Below, piece by piece: positions 1 to 8,183 of a DNA stretch of 46,547 nucleotides. The notes beneath the pieces were generated by a model. That model worked only from the letters and a program-made list of their open reading frames with translations. It did not search any database and had not been told where the DNA came from. Made by a program: the position numbers and the translations under genes. Within the stretch, counting starts at the first letter, position 1. Each line of letters begins with the position of its first letter. This DNA comes from Patescibacteria group bacterium (GTDB taxonomy: Bacteria > Patescibacteriota > Microgenomatia > UBA1400 > PJMF01), in NCBI GenBank assembly GCA_049322655.1, contig JBMORP010000006.1, forward strand, positions 79,863-126,409, read 5' to 3'.

Positions 1-1
1 A

Positions 2-1291
2 GTTATTGCTGCCATTGATCTTGGCACAGAAAAATGTGTCACTCTGATTGCTGTGGTGGATGAAGAAACTGGAGAGTTGAAAGTAGTCGGTGTATCAGCT
101 GTACCCTCAAAGGGAATGAAGCGCAGTGTAATTGTCGACTTAGATCAAGTGCTAAACACCATTAGTCAAAGTTTGGATGCTGCTGAAAGAATGGCTGGTT
201 TTGATGTTAAAAGTGTCTATTTAGCTGTTTCTGGCACTCATGTATTGTCTAAAAACTCCAAAGGAGTAGTTGCTGTAGCAGCTCCAGATCAAGAAATCAC
301 TACTACCGATGTTGATCGAGTCATTGAAGCTGCTAGAGCTATTTCTTTGCCAGCTGATCGTAAAATTATGCATGTTATTCCTCGAGATTTTAAGGTTGAC
401 TCTCAAGAAGGAATTAAAGATCCAGTGGGAATGACTGGTGTCAGATTAGAGTCAGAGGCTCATATTATTACTGGGATGAGTACCTCTCTCAAAAATTTAG
501 AAAAAGTAATTAATGATTTGGGGTTAGAGGTTGATGGATTTGTTTTTGCTGGCTTAGCGGCTTCTGGTGTAGTCCTGACTGAAACAGAGAAAGAATTAGG
601 AGCAATTGTGGTTGATATGGGAGCTGGTACGACTTCTATTTCTGCTTTTGTTGAAGGTGCTTTAGAATATTCAGGCGCAGTACCGGTTGGAGCCAGACAT
701 GTTACTCAGGATATTGCTCTTGGTTGCAGGATCAGTTTGGATAATGCTGAAAAAGTAAAGATCTTACTTTCTGGTGAAAGTTTTGCTCCAATTAAGCCTA
801 GAGCTGGAGAGTCTAAAGAAGAACTAAATAAACGTCGTAAAAAAGCTGATATTTTAGATTTGGCCAGAAATGGTATTCAGGAGAGTGTTGAAGAACTATC
901 CAAACGAACTTTAGTTGAAGGCATTATGGTGCCCAGAATGAAAGAGATTTTTGAATTAATTAAAAAAGAATTAGCTAAACAAGATTTATTGGGTAAAGTT
1001 CCATCAGGAATTATTTTATGTGGTGGTGGTGCTCATACTGTAGGTATGGTTGATATTGCTAAGAGGGTTTTTAACTTGCCAGTTAGAATTGGAGAGCCAG
1101 AGGAACTAAAAGGACTAGTGGGTGATATCAAAGGTCCAGCCTACGCTACTAGTATTGGCTTATTAAAATATGGTAAAGCCAAAGATGGTGGAGTGGCGAC
1201 TGGAAGTGGGGTCGGTTCGATTTTAGAAAGTATTGATTTAAAGGGTTTTGGTGAAAAAATCAGAAGCCTATTAAAGTCTGTTCTTCCGTAA
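2..1291 (+). CDS. ftsA: Cell division protein FtsA (5'-truncated by the window edge)
   Basis: Frame is open from position 2 (VIAAIDLGTEKCVTLIAV...), giving the actin-like phosphate-1 motif upstream of the listed ORF start at 53. Also VVDMGAGTTS and ILCGGGA motifs. Directly upstream of ftsZ. Confidence 0.95.
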   Translation, partial: VIAAIDLGTEKCVTLIAVVDEETGELKVVGVSAVPSKGMKRSVIVDLDQVLNTISQSLDAAERMAGFDVKSVYLAVSGTHVLSKNSKGVVAVAAPDQEITTTDVDRVIEAARAISLPADRKIMHVIPRDFKVDSQEGIKDPVGMTGVRLESEAHIITGMSTSLKNLEKVINDLGLEVDGFVFAGLAASGVVLTETEKELGAIVVDMGAGTTSISAFVEGALEYSGAVPVGARHVTQDIALGCRISLDNAEKVKILLSGESFAPIKPRAGESKEELNKRRKKADILDLARNGIQESVEELSKRTLVEGIMVPRMKEIFELIKKELAKQDLLGKVPSGIILCGGGAHTVGMVDIAKRVFNLPVRIGEPEELKGLVGDIKGPAYATSIGLLKYGKAKDGGVATGSGVGSILESIDLKGFGEKIRSLLKSVLP

Positions 1292-1408
1292 AAATTGTCT
1301 GTTTACTTTGTTTCTAAAATCAATTATGGTGTGTGTTACACTTTGATAGTATAAGCAAGTAGTTTAGCCTACTAGTGGGTAATAACAGTAGGATAAGAAG
1401 CGAACAAC

Positions 1409-2695
1409 ATGGGATTAGTTAAACCAACAAATACAACTTTTGCCAAAATAAAAGTGATCGGAGTCGGAGGTGGTGGTGGTAACGCAGTCAACTCAATGGT
1501 TGAATCTAAGCAAATTAATGGAGTTGAGTTTATTACCGTTAATACTGATGCTCAAGCTTTACTAACTTCCAAAGCAGACACTAAATTGCAGATTGGTAGT
1601 AATTTCACTCGTGGTTTGGGAGCTGGGGCTGATCCTGATGTTGGGCGAACTGCTGCTGAAGAAAGCCGAGAAAAACTTAAAGATTTGCTTTTTGATACTG
1701 ATATGGTATTTATTACCGCTGGTATGGGTGGCGGAACTGGCACTGGAGCCTCCCCGATTATTGCTGAGATTGCCAAAGAAGTTGGTGCTTTGACTGTTTC
1801 TGTTGTGACCAAACCATTTGCTTTTGAAGGCATTCGTCGCATGCAAACCGCTGAAGAAGGCATCGAGATTCTTTCTGAGTCAGTGGACACTTTAATTGTG
1901 ATTCCTAATCAAAGATTAATGGAAGTAGTTGACAAAAAAATGACTTTTTTGGATGCTTTTCGGTTAGCAGACAATGTGTTGGGCCAAGGTGTAAAAGGGA
2001 TCTCTGATTTGATTACTTTACCAGGTTTAATTAATGTTGATTTTGCTGATGTCAGAACAATTATGCAGGATTCTGGGAGTGCTTTAATGGGAATTGGTGA
2101 AGCCTCTGGAGAAAACCGAGGCGTTACTGCTGCCAGAATGGCTATCTCCTCTCCTCTTTTAGAGGTGTCTGTCGATGGAGCTAAGGGAATTCTTTACACT
2201 ATTACTGGTGGTCCAGACATGACTATGACCGAGGTATCTGATGCTTCAGCTATTATTGCTGATGCAGCTGATCCTGACGCTAACATTATTTTTGGGGCTA
2301 ATATTGATGAAGACATGGGTAATAAGATTAAGATTAGTGTGATTGCCACCGGTTTTGATGAAAAAATGTATGGAGCTGGTCAACGCAGTATGTTTGGTTC
2401 TTTTAGCCGCAATTCTTTCAAGAAAATCAGAGAAGAAGATGAGGAAGAAGCGGTAGATTCAACCAGTATTGATCGCGCCCCAGAGGGTTATACCCAGCCC
2501 CAAACCAAGACTCAAGTTACTGGAAAAACAGATGCTGATGCCACTAGTCCATTTGTTCAATCTGATGCTTTTGTCAAAAAAGAGGCCAAGAAAACAGAAG
2601 AACCAGCTGACGACGATTTTGATTCTGGAGGTGGCATTGGCGATGATTTTGATGATGAATTTGAGATCCCGGCTTTTTTGAGACAAAGAAAATAA
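1409..2695 (+). CDS. ftsZ: Cell division GTPase FtsZ
   Basis: [12 protein letters not shown], tubulin signature [17 protein letters not shown], acidic linker and C-terminal [11 protein letters not shown] peptide. Confidence 0.99.
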   Translation: MGLVKPTNTTFAKIKVIGVGGGGGNAVNSMVESKQINGVEFITVNTDAQALLTSKADTKLQIGSNFTRGLGAGADPDVGRTAAEESREKLKDLLFDTDMVFITAGMGGGTGTGASPIIAEIAKEVGALTVSVVTKPFAFEGIRRMQTAEEGIEILSESVDTLIVIPNQRLMEVVDKKMTFLDAFRLADNVLGQGVKGISDLITLPGLINVDFADVRTIMQDSGSALMGIGEASGENRGVTAARMAISSPLLEVSVDGAKGILYTITGGPDMTMTEVSDASAIIADAADPDANIIFGANIDEDMGNKIKISVIATGFDEKMYGAGQRSMFGSFSRNSFKKIREEDEEEAVDSTSIDRAPEGYTQPQTKTQVTGKTDADATSPFVQSDAFVKKEAKKTEEPADDDFDSGGGIGDDFDDEFEIPAFLRQRK

Positions 2696-2707
2696 GTTTG
2701 AAAATAT

Positions 2708-3544
2708 ATGGTTGATAACAACACAGAAACTGAAAAACTATATTTTGATGAATTAATGGATAAATTAGTTAATAGCTTGACAGCTCTTTTTGCTGATGGA
2801 AAATTAGATTTAAAAAAATTAGAAACCTTGATTGGTGGTTTTGTTAATCAGCCCAATGCAGAAAGTAATCACGACGTATCTAATCAATCTTTACCTCCAG
2901 ATTTAATGGAAAATCATATTAGAGGACATTTATCTAGAGTAAAAGCTGAGACATATTTTCCTGCTAAATTTACTGAGAAAATTGATTTCAATGAAGAACT
3001 TTTTTTGGCTGATATTAAATCTAGATCAGAAAAAATAATTACCAGCAGAGTTTTTGATTCTCAAGTTATTAATTCAAATAAATGGATATTTCTTGAAATT
3101 TATAAAGATCAAGCTTATGTGGATAAAGCTTTACCACTTTTTATAAATAATTTAAAAGATAATTTTGGTTCAAAATGGAATCAAGCTGATGTTGAGCCTA
3201 ATATTGATGAAAAAAAACACTTTAGTAGACTGGTTCAAGAACAAATGGTCAAACTATTTAAAGAAAATAACAAAGAAACTGAAAACTTAGATGATGAAGA
3301 AATTTGGAGCATTCTTTGTGACGGATACAGAGTAGGAGCTGATGTTTTTTCAAATTTATTAAGTAGAGCTATGGATAGTTCTGTTTATACAGATAGCGAT
3401 GTTACCGTAAAATCAAGATGTTTCACCATTTTTGATTCATTTAACAATAGAAGATCTATTTCAGTCCTTAATCTAGAAGTTACTTATTCAGAAAAAAAGA
3501 TGAGTGATTTGGCACAACAAAAATTAGATTCTTGGTCAAAATAA
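2708..3544 (+). CDS. Hypothetical protein, 278 aa, AT-rich, no recognisable motif
   Basis: Long open frame starting 12 nt after the ftsZ stop. Soluble-looking, acidic composition. Confidence 0.7.
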   Translation: MVDNNTETEKLYFDELMDKLVNSLTALFADGKLDLKKLETLIGGFVNQPNAESNHDVSNQSLPPDLMENHIRGHLSRVKAETYFPAKFTEKIDFNEELFLADIKSRSEKIITSRVFDSQVINSNKWIFLEIYKDQAYVDKALPLFINNLKDNFGSKWNQADVEPNIDEKKHFSRLVQEQMVKLFKENNKETENLDDEEIWSILCDGYRVGADVFSNLLSRAMDSSVYTDSDVTVKSRCFTIFDSFNNRRSISVLNLEVTYSEKKMSDLAQQKLDSWSK

Positions 3545-3549
3545 CTATC

Positions 3550-3558
3550 TGCTATAAT
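3550..3558 (+). promoter_or_regulatory. Extended -10 promoter (TGcTATAAT) for the ileS leader, TSS about 3565-3566
   Basis: TG-n-TATAAT at 3550-3558, immediately upstream of the T-box leader. No clear -35. Confidence 0.7.
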
Positions 3559-3675
3559 CACTTTCAGTTATTTAAAGTCGTTAGAGTTTGTCATCAGCAG
3601 ACAAGACGTTAGAAGAAATCCTTAACAGGAGATTAGACCTAACCGGGTAAGCCCGTAACAGCTGGAATTAAGTAT

Positions 3676-3840
3676 TAGACTTACTGCTAAATAAAAATCA
3701 TAGTTCTTTCACATCTATTTAAGAATTTATAGCATTTTCTTCTTTATCAAGGAGACATGGCTACTATCGGCATCAAAAAATGCCAAAATTCATTAAATAT
3801 ATGTAAAATTGACAATAATTTTTATTTAGCAGTAAGTCTA
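3676..3840. repeat. Perfect 23-bp inverted repeat enclosing 119 nt (Stem III position of the T-box)
   Basis: TAGACTTACTGCTAAATAAAAAT (3676-3698) is the exact reverse complement of ATTTTTATTTAGCAGTAAGTCTA (3818-3840). Confidence 0.95.
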
Positions 3841-3870
3841 TTGAGAGGTTGGTACCTTTCCTAAACCGGG

Positions 3871-3918
3871 AAGCCTTTTCATTTGATACTATTTAGTATT
3901 AGATGTAAAGGCTTTTTT
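3871..3918 (+). terminator. Intrinsic attenuator terminator of the ileS leader
   Basis: About 20-bp hairpin, arms 3871-3890 and 3895-3914 (one U-U mismatch, two G-U pairs), ending in a U-run at 3913-3918. Its 5' arm overlaps the antiterminator 3' strand. Confidence 0.85.
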
Positions 3919-3937
3919 AGTACTAGGAAAAACAACA

Positions 3938-6772
3938 ATGAAAAAACAATATAATTTCAAACAAACTCCAGACCTACCAAAGTTAGAAGAGGAAGTTTTA
4001 AAGTTTTGGGAAGAAAACAATACTTTTCAACGATCGATAGATCAACGAGATAAAAATAATGCTTATGTTTTTTTTGATGGACCACCTTTTGCCACCGGTC
4101 TACCTCACTATGGTCATATTGTTGCTAGTACGATGAAAGATATTGTACCTCGTTACTGGACCATGAAAGGTAAAAGAGTTGAACGCAAATGGGGTTGGGA
4201 TTGTCATGGTTTACCAATCGAAAACATCGCTGAAAAAGAGCTGGGAATTAAACGTAAAAAAGAGATTGAAGAGTTAGGGGTTGAGAAATTTAATGAGATT
4301 TGTCGATCCAAGGTTTTGTCTTATGTTGATGATTGGAAAAAAATCATTGCTCGTTTGGGCCGTTGGGCTGATATGGAAAACGACTATAAAACCATGGATT
4401 TGAGTTTTATGGAATCTGTTTGGTGGGTGTTTAAGCAACTTTATGATAATGATTTGGTTTATGAGGATTATCGTAGTTTGCATATTTGTCCTCGTTGTGA
4501 AACCACTCTTTCTCAATCAGAAGTAGCAGAAGGTTATAAAAATGTTAAAGACATTTCAGTCACAGCTGAGTTTAAGATTAAAGATTTTTCAAAGTTTCAT
4601 CATGGTGAAGAACAAGTCTTCTTTTTAGCTTGGACTACTACTCCTTGGACATTGCCAGGAAACTTTTTATTGGCAGTGGGGCCGGCAATAAATTATGTGC
4701 TAGTTAGGGGTAATGAAGATGGTAAATTATATGTGTTAGCAGAAACAAGATTGGCAGCAGTATTTGGTGAAGAAGATGACCATGAAATAGTGGCTAGTTA
4801 TCAAGGTCAAGAGTTAGAAGGTTTAAGTTATGAACCTTTATTTCCTTATTTTAAAGACACGGAAAATGCTTTCAGGGTAGTGGCGGCTGAGTTTGTAGCA
4901 ACTGAAGAAGGAACTGGGATTGTTCATATTGCTCCAGGTTTTGGTGAAGATGATTTTCGAGTTGGACAAAAAGAGGGCGTGAAACTAATTCAGCACGTTA
5001 ATATGGATGGCCGATTTATCGAAGCAGTTACTGATTTTCCAGATATGGAAGTTAAACCCAAGGAAGATCCTCAGCGGACTGATATTGAAATCATTCGTTA
5101 CTTGGCAAAAAAAGATTTGTTGTTTAGTAAGAAGAAACTTGAACATAGTTATCCTCATTGTTGGCGGTGTGATACCCCGCTACTCAACTATGCTACCGGT
5201 AGCTGGTTTGTGAATGTAAATAAAATTCACGAAAAATTACTCAAATTAGCTGATGATATTAATTGGTTCCCAGAGCATATTAAACAGGGACGTTGGGGAA
5301 ATTGGTTAGCCGGAGCTCGTGATTGGTCGATTAGTCGACAACGTTATTGGGCCAGTGTGATTCCAGTTTGGCGCTGTGAATGTGGGCAAACAAAAGTTTA
5401 TGGTAGTGTTAAGGATCTAGAACAAGATAGTGGTCAAAAAATAACAGATCTTCATAAACATACAGTTGATAAAATCACTGTCCCTTGTAGTTGTGGTCGA
5501 CAGATGAGACGTATCCCCGATGTATTAGATACTTGGTTTGATAGTGGTTCTATGCCATATGGTCAGGCTCATTATCCTTTTGAAAATAAACAAGAATTTG
5601 AAAACAATTTTCCAGCCGAGTTTATTGGAGAGGGAGTTGATCAAACTAGAGCTTGGTTCTATTACTTGCATGTAATTGCCGGAGGGATCAGAGAAACCAA
5701 AGCTTTCAAAAATGTGATTGTTAATGGGATTGTTTTGGCTGAAGATGGTAAGAAAATGAGTAAACGTTTGCAAAATTATCCTGATCCTGTTTTGCTAATT
5801 GATAATTATGGTACTGATAGTTTGAGAATGTATTTAGCTAGTTCCCCAGTGTTAAAAGCAGAAAATCTTAATTTTAGTGAAAAAGAAGTGGCCGATATTC
5901 GTCGTAAAACCTTTGTGATTTGGTGGAACATCATTGGCTTTTACAAAAGTTTTGTCAAAGATGAGGTTATTACTCGACCAGCTAGTCGACCAGTTCATCT
6001 TTTAGATCAGTGGTTATTGAGCAAAATGCAAACTGTGATCGAACAGGTGACTAAATATTTAGATGGCTATGATTTGGTCAGAGCTAGCAGAATTTTGTTG
6101 GATTTTGTTAACGAACTTTCCACTTGGTATCTTCGTTTGAGCAGAGACAGACTAAAAGAAGGTAATGATTCAGCTGCCGAACAGGTGTTTGGCTATGTGC
6201 TTTATACTCTGGCTCAACTTTTTGCTCCATTTGCTCCTTTTTTTGCTGAAATGGTTCATCATGCGTTAGTTGATGAGCAAACCTCAATTCATCTCACTGA
6301 TTGGCCAGGTTTTGACTCAGCTTTGCAGGATAGAGAGCTAGAGGAACAAATGAGTTTGGTTCAGAAAATCATTGAAGTAGGTCACTCAGCTAGAAAACAA
6401 CAGGGAGTTAGGTTGAGACAACCACTATCCCTAGTAACTGTGCGGTTGGCCAAAGAAACTAAGAGTGATGTGTTAGGTAAATTCACCGAATTAATAAAAG
6501 CAGAACTTAATGTTAAAAGCGTAAATTGGACAATTGCCTCTGATGATCAGTTAGTTGTTGAATTTTCTTGGGAGTTAACAGCTGAACTCAAGGCTGAAGG
6601 TGAAGCTAGAGAAATCATGAGAACGATTCAGAATTTACGCCGTCAAGCTGGTTTATCAATAAGTGAACAAGCTGTTGTTAGTTTGCCTGATTGGCCAGCT
6701 GTTTGGCAAAATGAAATCGAGACTAAAACCTCAACAAAACTAGTGAAAGGTGATAGAGTTGAGTTACAATGA
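3938..6772 (+). CDS. ileS: Isoleucine-tRNA ligase, type 2 (eukaryote/archaea-like, mupirocin-insensitive class)
   Basis: FFDGPPFATGLPHYGH, GWDCHGLPIE, WTTTPWTLP editing motif, GTGIVHIAPGFG, DWSISRQRYW, GKKMSKRLQNYPDP. Confidence 0.97.
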   Translation: MKKQYNFKQTPDLPKLEEEVLKFWEENNTFQRSIDQRDKNNAYVFFDGPPFATGLPHYGHIVASTMKDIVPRYWTMKGKRVERKWGWDCHGLPIENIAEKELGIKRKKEIEELGVEKFNEICRSKVLSYVDDWKKIIARLGRWADMENDYKTMDLSFMESVWWVFKQLYDNDLVYEDYRSLHICPRCETTLSQSEVAEGYKNVKDISVTAEFKIKDFSKFHHGEEQVFFLAWTTTPWTLPGNFLLAVGPAINYVLVRGNEDGKLYVLAETRLAAVFGEEDDHEIVASYQGQELEGLSYEPLFPYFKDTENAFRVVAAEFVATEEGTGIVHIAPGFGEDDFRVGQKEGVKLIQHVNMDGRFIEAVTDFPDMEVKPKEDPQRTDIEIIRYLAKKDLLFSKKKLEHSYPHCWRCDTPLLNYATGSWFVNVNKIHEKLLKLADDINWFPEHIKQGRWGNWLAGARDWSISRQRYWASVIPVWRCECGQTKVYGSVKDLEQDSGQKITDLHKHTVDKITVPCSCGRQMRRIPDVLDTWFDSGSMPYGQAHYPFENKQEFENNFPAEFIGEGVDQTRAWFYYLHVIAGGIRETKAFKNVIVNGIVLAEDGKKMSKRLQNYPDPVLLIDNYGTDSLRMYLASSPVLKAENLNFSEKEVADIRRKTFVIWWNIIGFYKSFVKDEVITRPASRPVHLLDQWLLSKMQTVIEQVTKYLDGYDLVRASRILLDFVNELSTWYLRLSRDRLKEGNDSAAEQVFGYVLYTLAQLFAPFAPFFAEMVHHALVDEQTSIHLTDWPGFDSALQDRELEEQMSLVQKIIEVGHSARKQQGVRLRQPLSLVTVRLAKETKSDVLGKFTELIKAELNVKSVNWTIASDDQLVVEFSWELTAELKAEGEAREIMRTIQNLRRQAGLSISEQAVVSLPDWPAVWQNEIETKTSTKLVKGDRVELQ

Positions 6773-7839
6773 GAACTCGACTTATTCCTTTAGTTTTACT
6801 GAGTTTTGCCGCTTTTAGTCTAGTGACCTTGAGTAGTGTTTCTCCTGAGTTGGCGCAGAGACAACTAATTTTTTGGTTTGGTAGTGCAATTATATTTTGG
6901 ATAATTACTAGAATTCCCACCGTTGTTTGGTGGCGGTGGGGAGATTTATTTTGGAAAAGCTTGGTTTTTCTTTTGCTTGGTTTGTTGGTATTTGGACAAG
7001 TGACTAGAGGTGCTACTGCTTGGATTGATTTGGGTTTTGGTTTCAAGTTTCAACCGTCTCAGTTTGCTTTACTAAGTTTTTTATTAGTAGCTCTTCCCCG
7101 ATTTTCTAGATACGAAATGCTTAAAGAAAGCGAACTAATCCAGCTATTTGTTTATCTATTAGTACCAGCTGTTTTGATCTTTTTGGAGCCAGATTTTGGC
7201 ACCGCTTTTTTGTACACCATTGCTGCTGGGGTAGTAGTGTTGTGGCAACGCATTCATCGACGTTATTGGCAGTTATTGGCTGGTGGATTATTGGTTATTT
7301 TACTAGGAGGCTGGTTTTTTGTTTTACAACCCTACCAGAAGTTAAGAATTACTAGTTTTTTTACTGGTTATCAGTTGGAAAAAAATGATGCTAGTTACAA
7401 CGCTAGACAGTCTTTGATTGCTGTTGGTTCTGGCCAAATTTGGGGCAAGGGTTTGGGCAAAGGAACTCAGTCGCAACTAAGGTTCTTACCAGAAAGACAA
7501 ACAGATTTTATTTTTGCTTCTCTAGCTGAAGAATCTGGCCTAGTTGGTTCACTAATTATTATTAGTTTATATGCCGTTTTATTTTTCTTTTTGTTAAATG
7601 AAGCTCAGAAGTTAAAAAGTAATAAAAGATTTTTGTTTATTTTAGCTGTTTTAGTTTACTTTTTTGTTCAGGTGTTAGTTAATATTGGGATGAATATTGG
7701 CTTACTTCCAATTACTGGAGTGACTTTACCTTTTGTCTCTTATGGTGGGAGTTCATTATTATCTTCGATGGTTTTATTGGCAATTATTCAAAGGATTTTA
7801 ATCGAAAGAGATGACAAAAAACATTTGCGCATTACTTGA
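6769..7839 (+). CDS. rodA: SEDS family peptidoglycan polymerase (RodA/FtsW)
   Basis: Multi-TM protein with RGATAWIDLG, FQPSQFA, EPDFGT, LPERQTDFIF, GLLPITGVTLPFVSYGGSS. Start overlaps the ileS stop (ATGA). RodA versus FtsW cannot be settled by eye. Confidence 0.85.
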   Translation: MRTRLIPLVLLSFAAFSLVTLSSVSPELAQRQLIFWFGSAIIFWIITRIPTVVWWRWGDLFWKSLVFLLLGLLVFGQVTRGATAWIDLGFGFKFQPSQFALLSFLLVALPRFSRYEMLKESELIQLFVYLLVPAVLIFLEPDFGTAFLYTIAAGVVVLWQRIHRRYWQLLAGGLLVILLGGWFFVLQPYQKLRITSFFTGYQLEKNDASYNARQSLIAVGSGQIWGKGLGKGTQSQLRFLPERQTDFIFASLAEESGLVGSLIIISLYAVLFFFLLNEAQKLKSNKRFLFILAVLVYFFVQVLVNIGMNIGLLPITGVTLPFVSYGGSSLLSSMVLLAIIQRILIERDDKKHLRIT

Positions 7840-7849
7840 GAAAGGATTG

Positions 7850-7858
7850 TGTTATAAT
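7850..7858 (+). promoter_or_regulatory. Extended -10 (TGtTATAAT) 7 nt upstream of the rplU ATG (leaderless signature)
   Basis: TGTTATAAT at 7850-7858, ATG at 7866, no SD in between. Confidence 0.65.
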
Positions 7859-7865
7859 ACCTCCC

Positions 7866-8183
7866 ATGTCTAAATATGCAGTTATTCAATTATTAGGTAA
7901 GCAACATCAAGTTACTGAGGGAGAAACCATTGTGGTTGATTCAGTTCCTCAAGAAGAAGGTCAAAAATTCGATGTGACTGATGTGTTGTTGGTAGTAGAT
8001 GGAGATAAGATCTCTGTTGGTCAACCAACCGTGGAAAAAGCAAAGGTTACATTGAGCGTAGTAGCTCAAGGGAAAGGCGACAAGATCCGTGTGGCTAAAT
8101 ACAAGTCCAAATCTCGTTATCGTAAGACCATGGGTCATCGTCAGCTTCAATCCACCCTCAAAGTTGAAAAAATCACTGCCTAA
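7866..8183 (+). CDS. rplU: 50S ribosomal protein L21
   Basis: YAVIQLLGKQHQVTEGETIVVD, KYKSKSRYRKTMGHRQ. The start is better placed at ATG 7866 than at the ORF-track start 7836. Confidence 0.95.
   Translation: MSKYAVIQLLGKQHQVTEGETIVVDSVPQEEGQKFDVTDVLLVVDGDKISVGQPTVEKAKVTLSVVAQGKGDKIRVAKYKSKSRYRKTMGHRQLQSTLKVEKITA

Larger units (their letters stand above)
3566..3918 (+). promoter_or_regulatory. Ile T-box riboswitch (transcriptional) with ultrashort Stem I
   Basis: Antiterminator AGGU-UGGUACC-UUUCC-UAAACC-GGGAA-GCCU (3846-3876) overlaps the terminator. Stem II GUUAG/CUAAC (3608-3643). IIA hairpin CGGG-UAAG-CCCG (3644-3655). AUC in a hairpin loop (3593-3595). Lies upstream of ileS. Confidence 0.85.

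Noticed and set aside
3613-3621. GAA-AUC-C as a classical internal-loop Ile specifier
   Set aside because: These bases fit better into Stem II (GUUAG/CUAAC and UCCU/AGGA perfect pairing), which would sequester part of the codon. Kept only as an alternative to test.
3676-3840. Autonomous IS element or CRISPR repeat
   Set aside because: Only two copies, in inverted orientation. No transposase ORF, spacer array or cas genes in the window.
3945-5800. IleRS as an acquired mupirocin-resistance determinant or hyper-resistant variant
   Set aside because: It has the ordinary type-2 HYGH/KMSK signatures and sits in a housekeeping context with a native T-box, with no mobile-element features.
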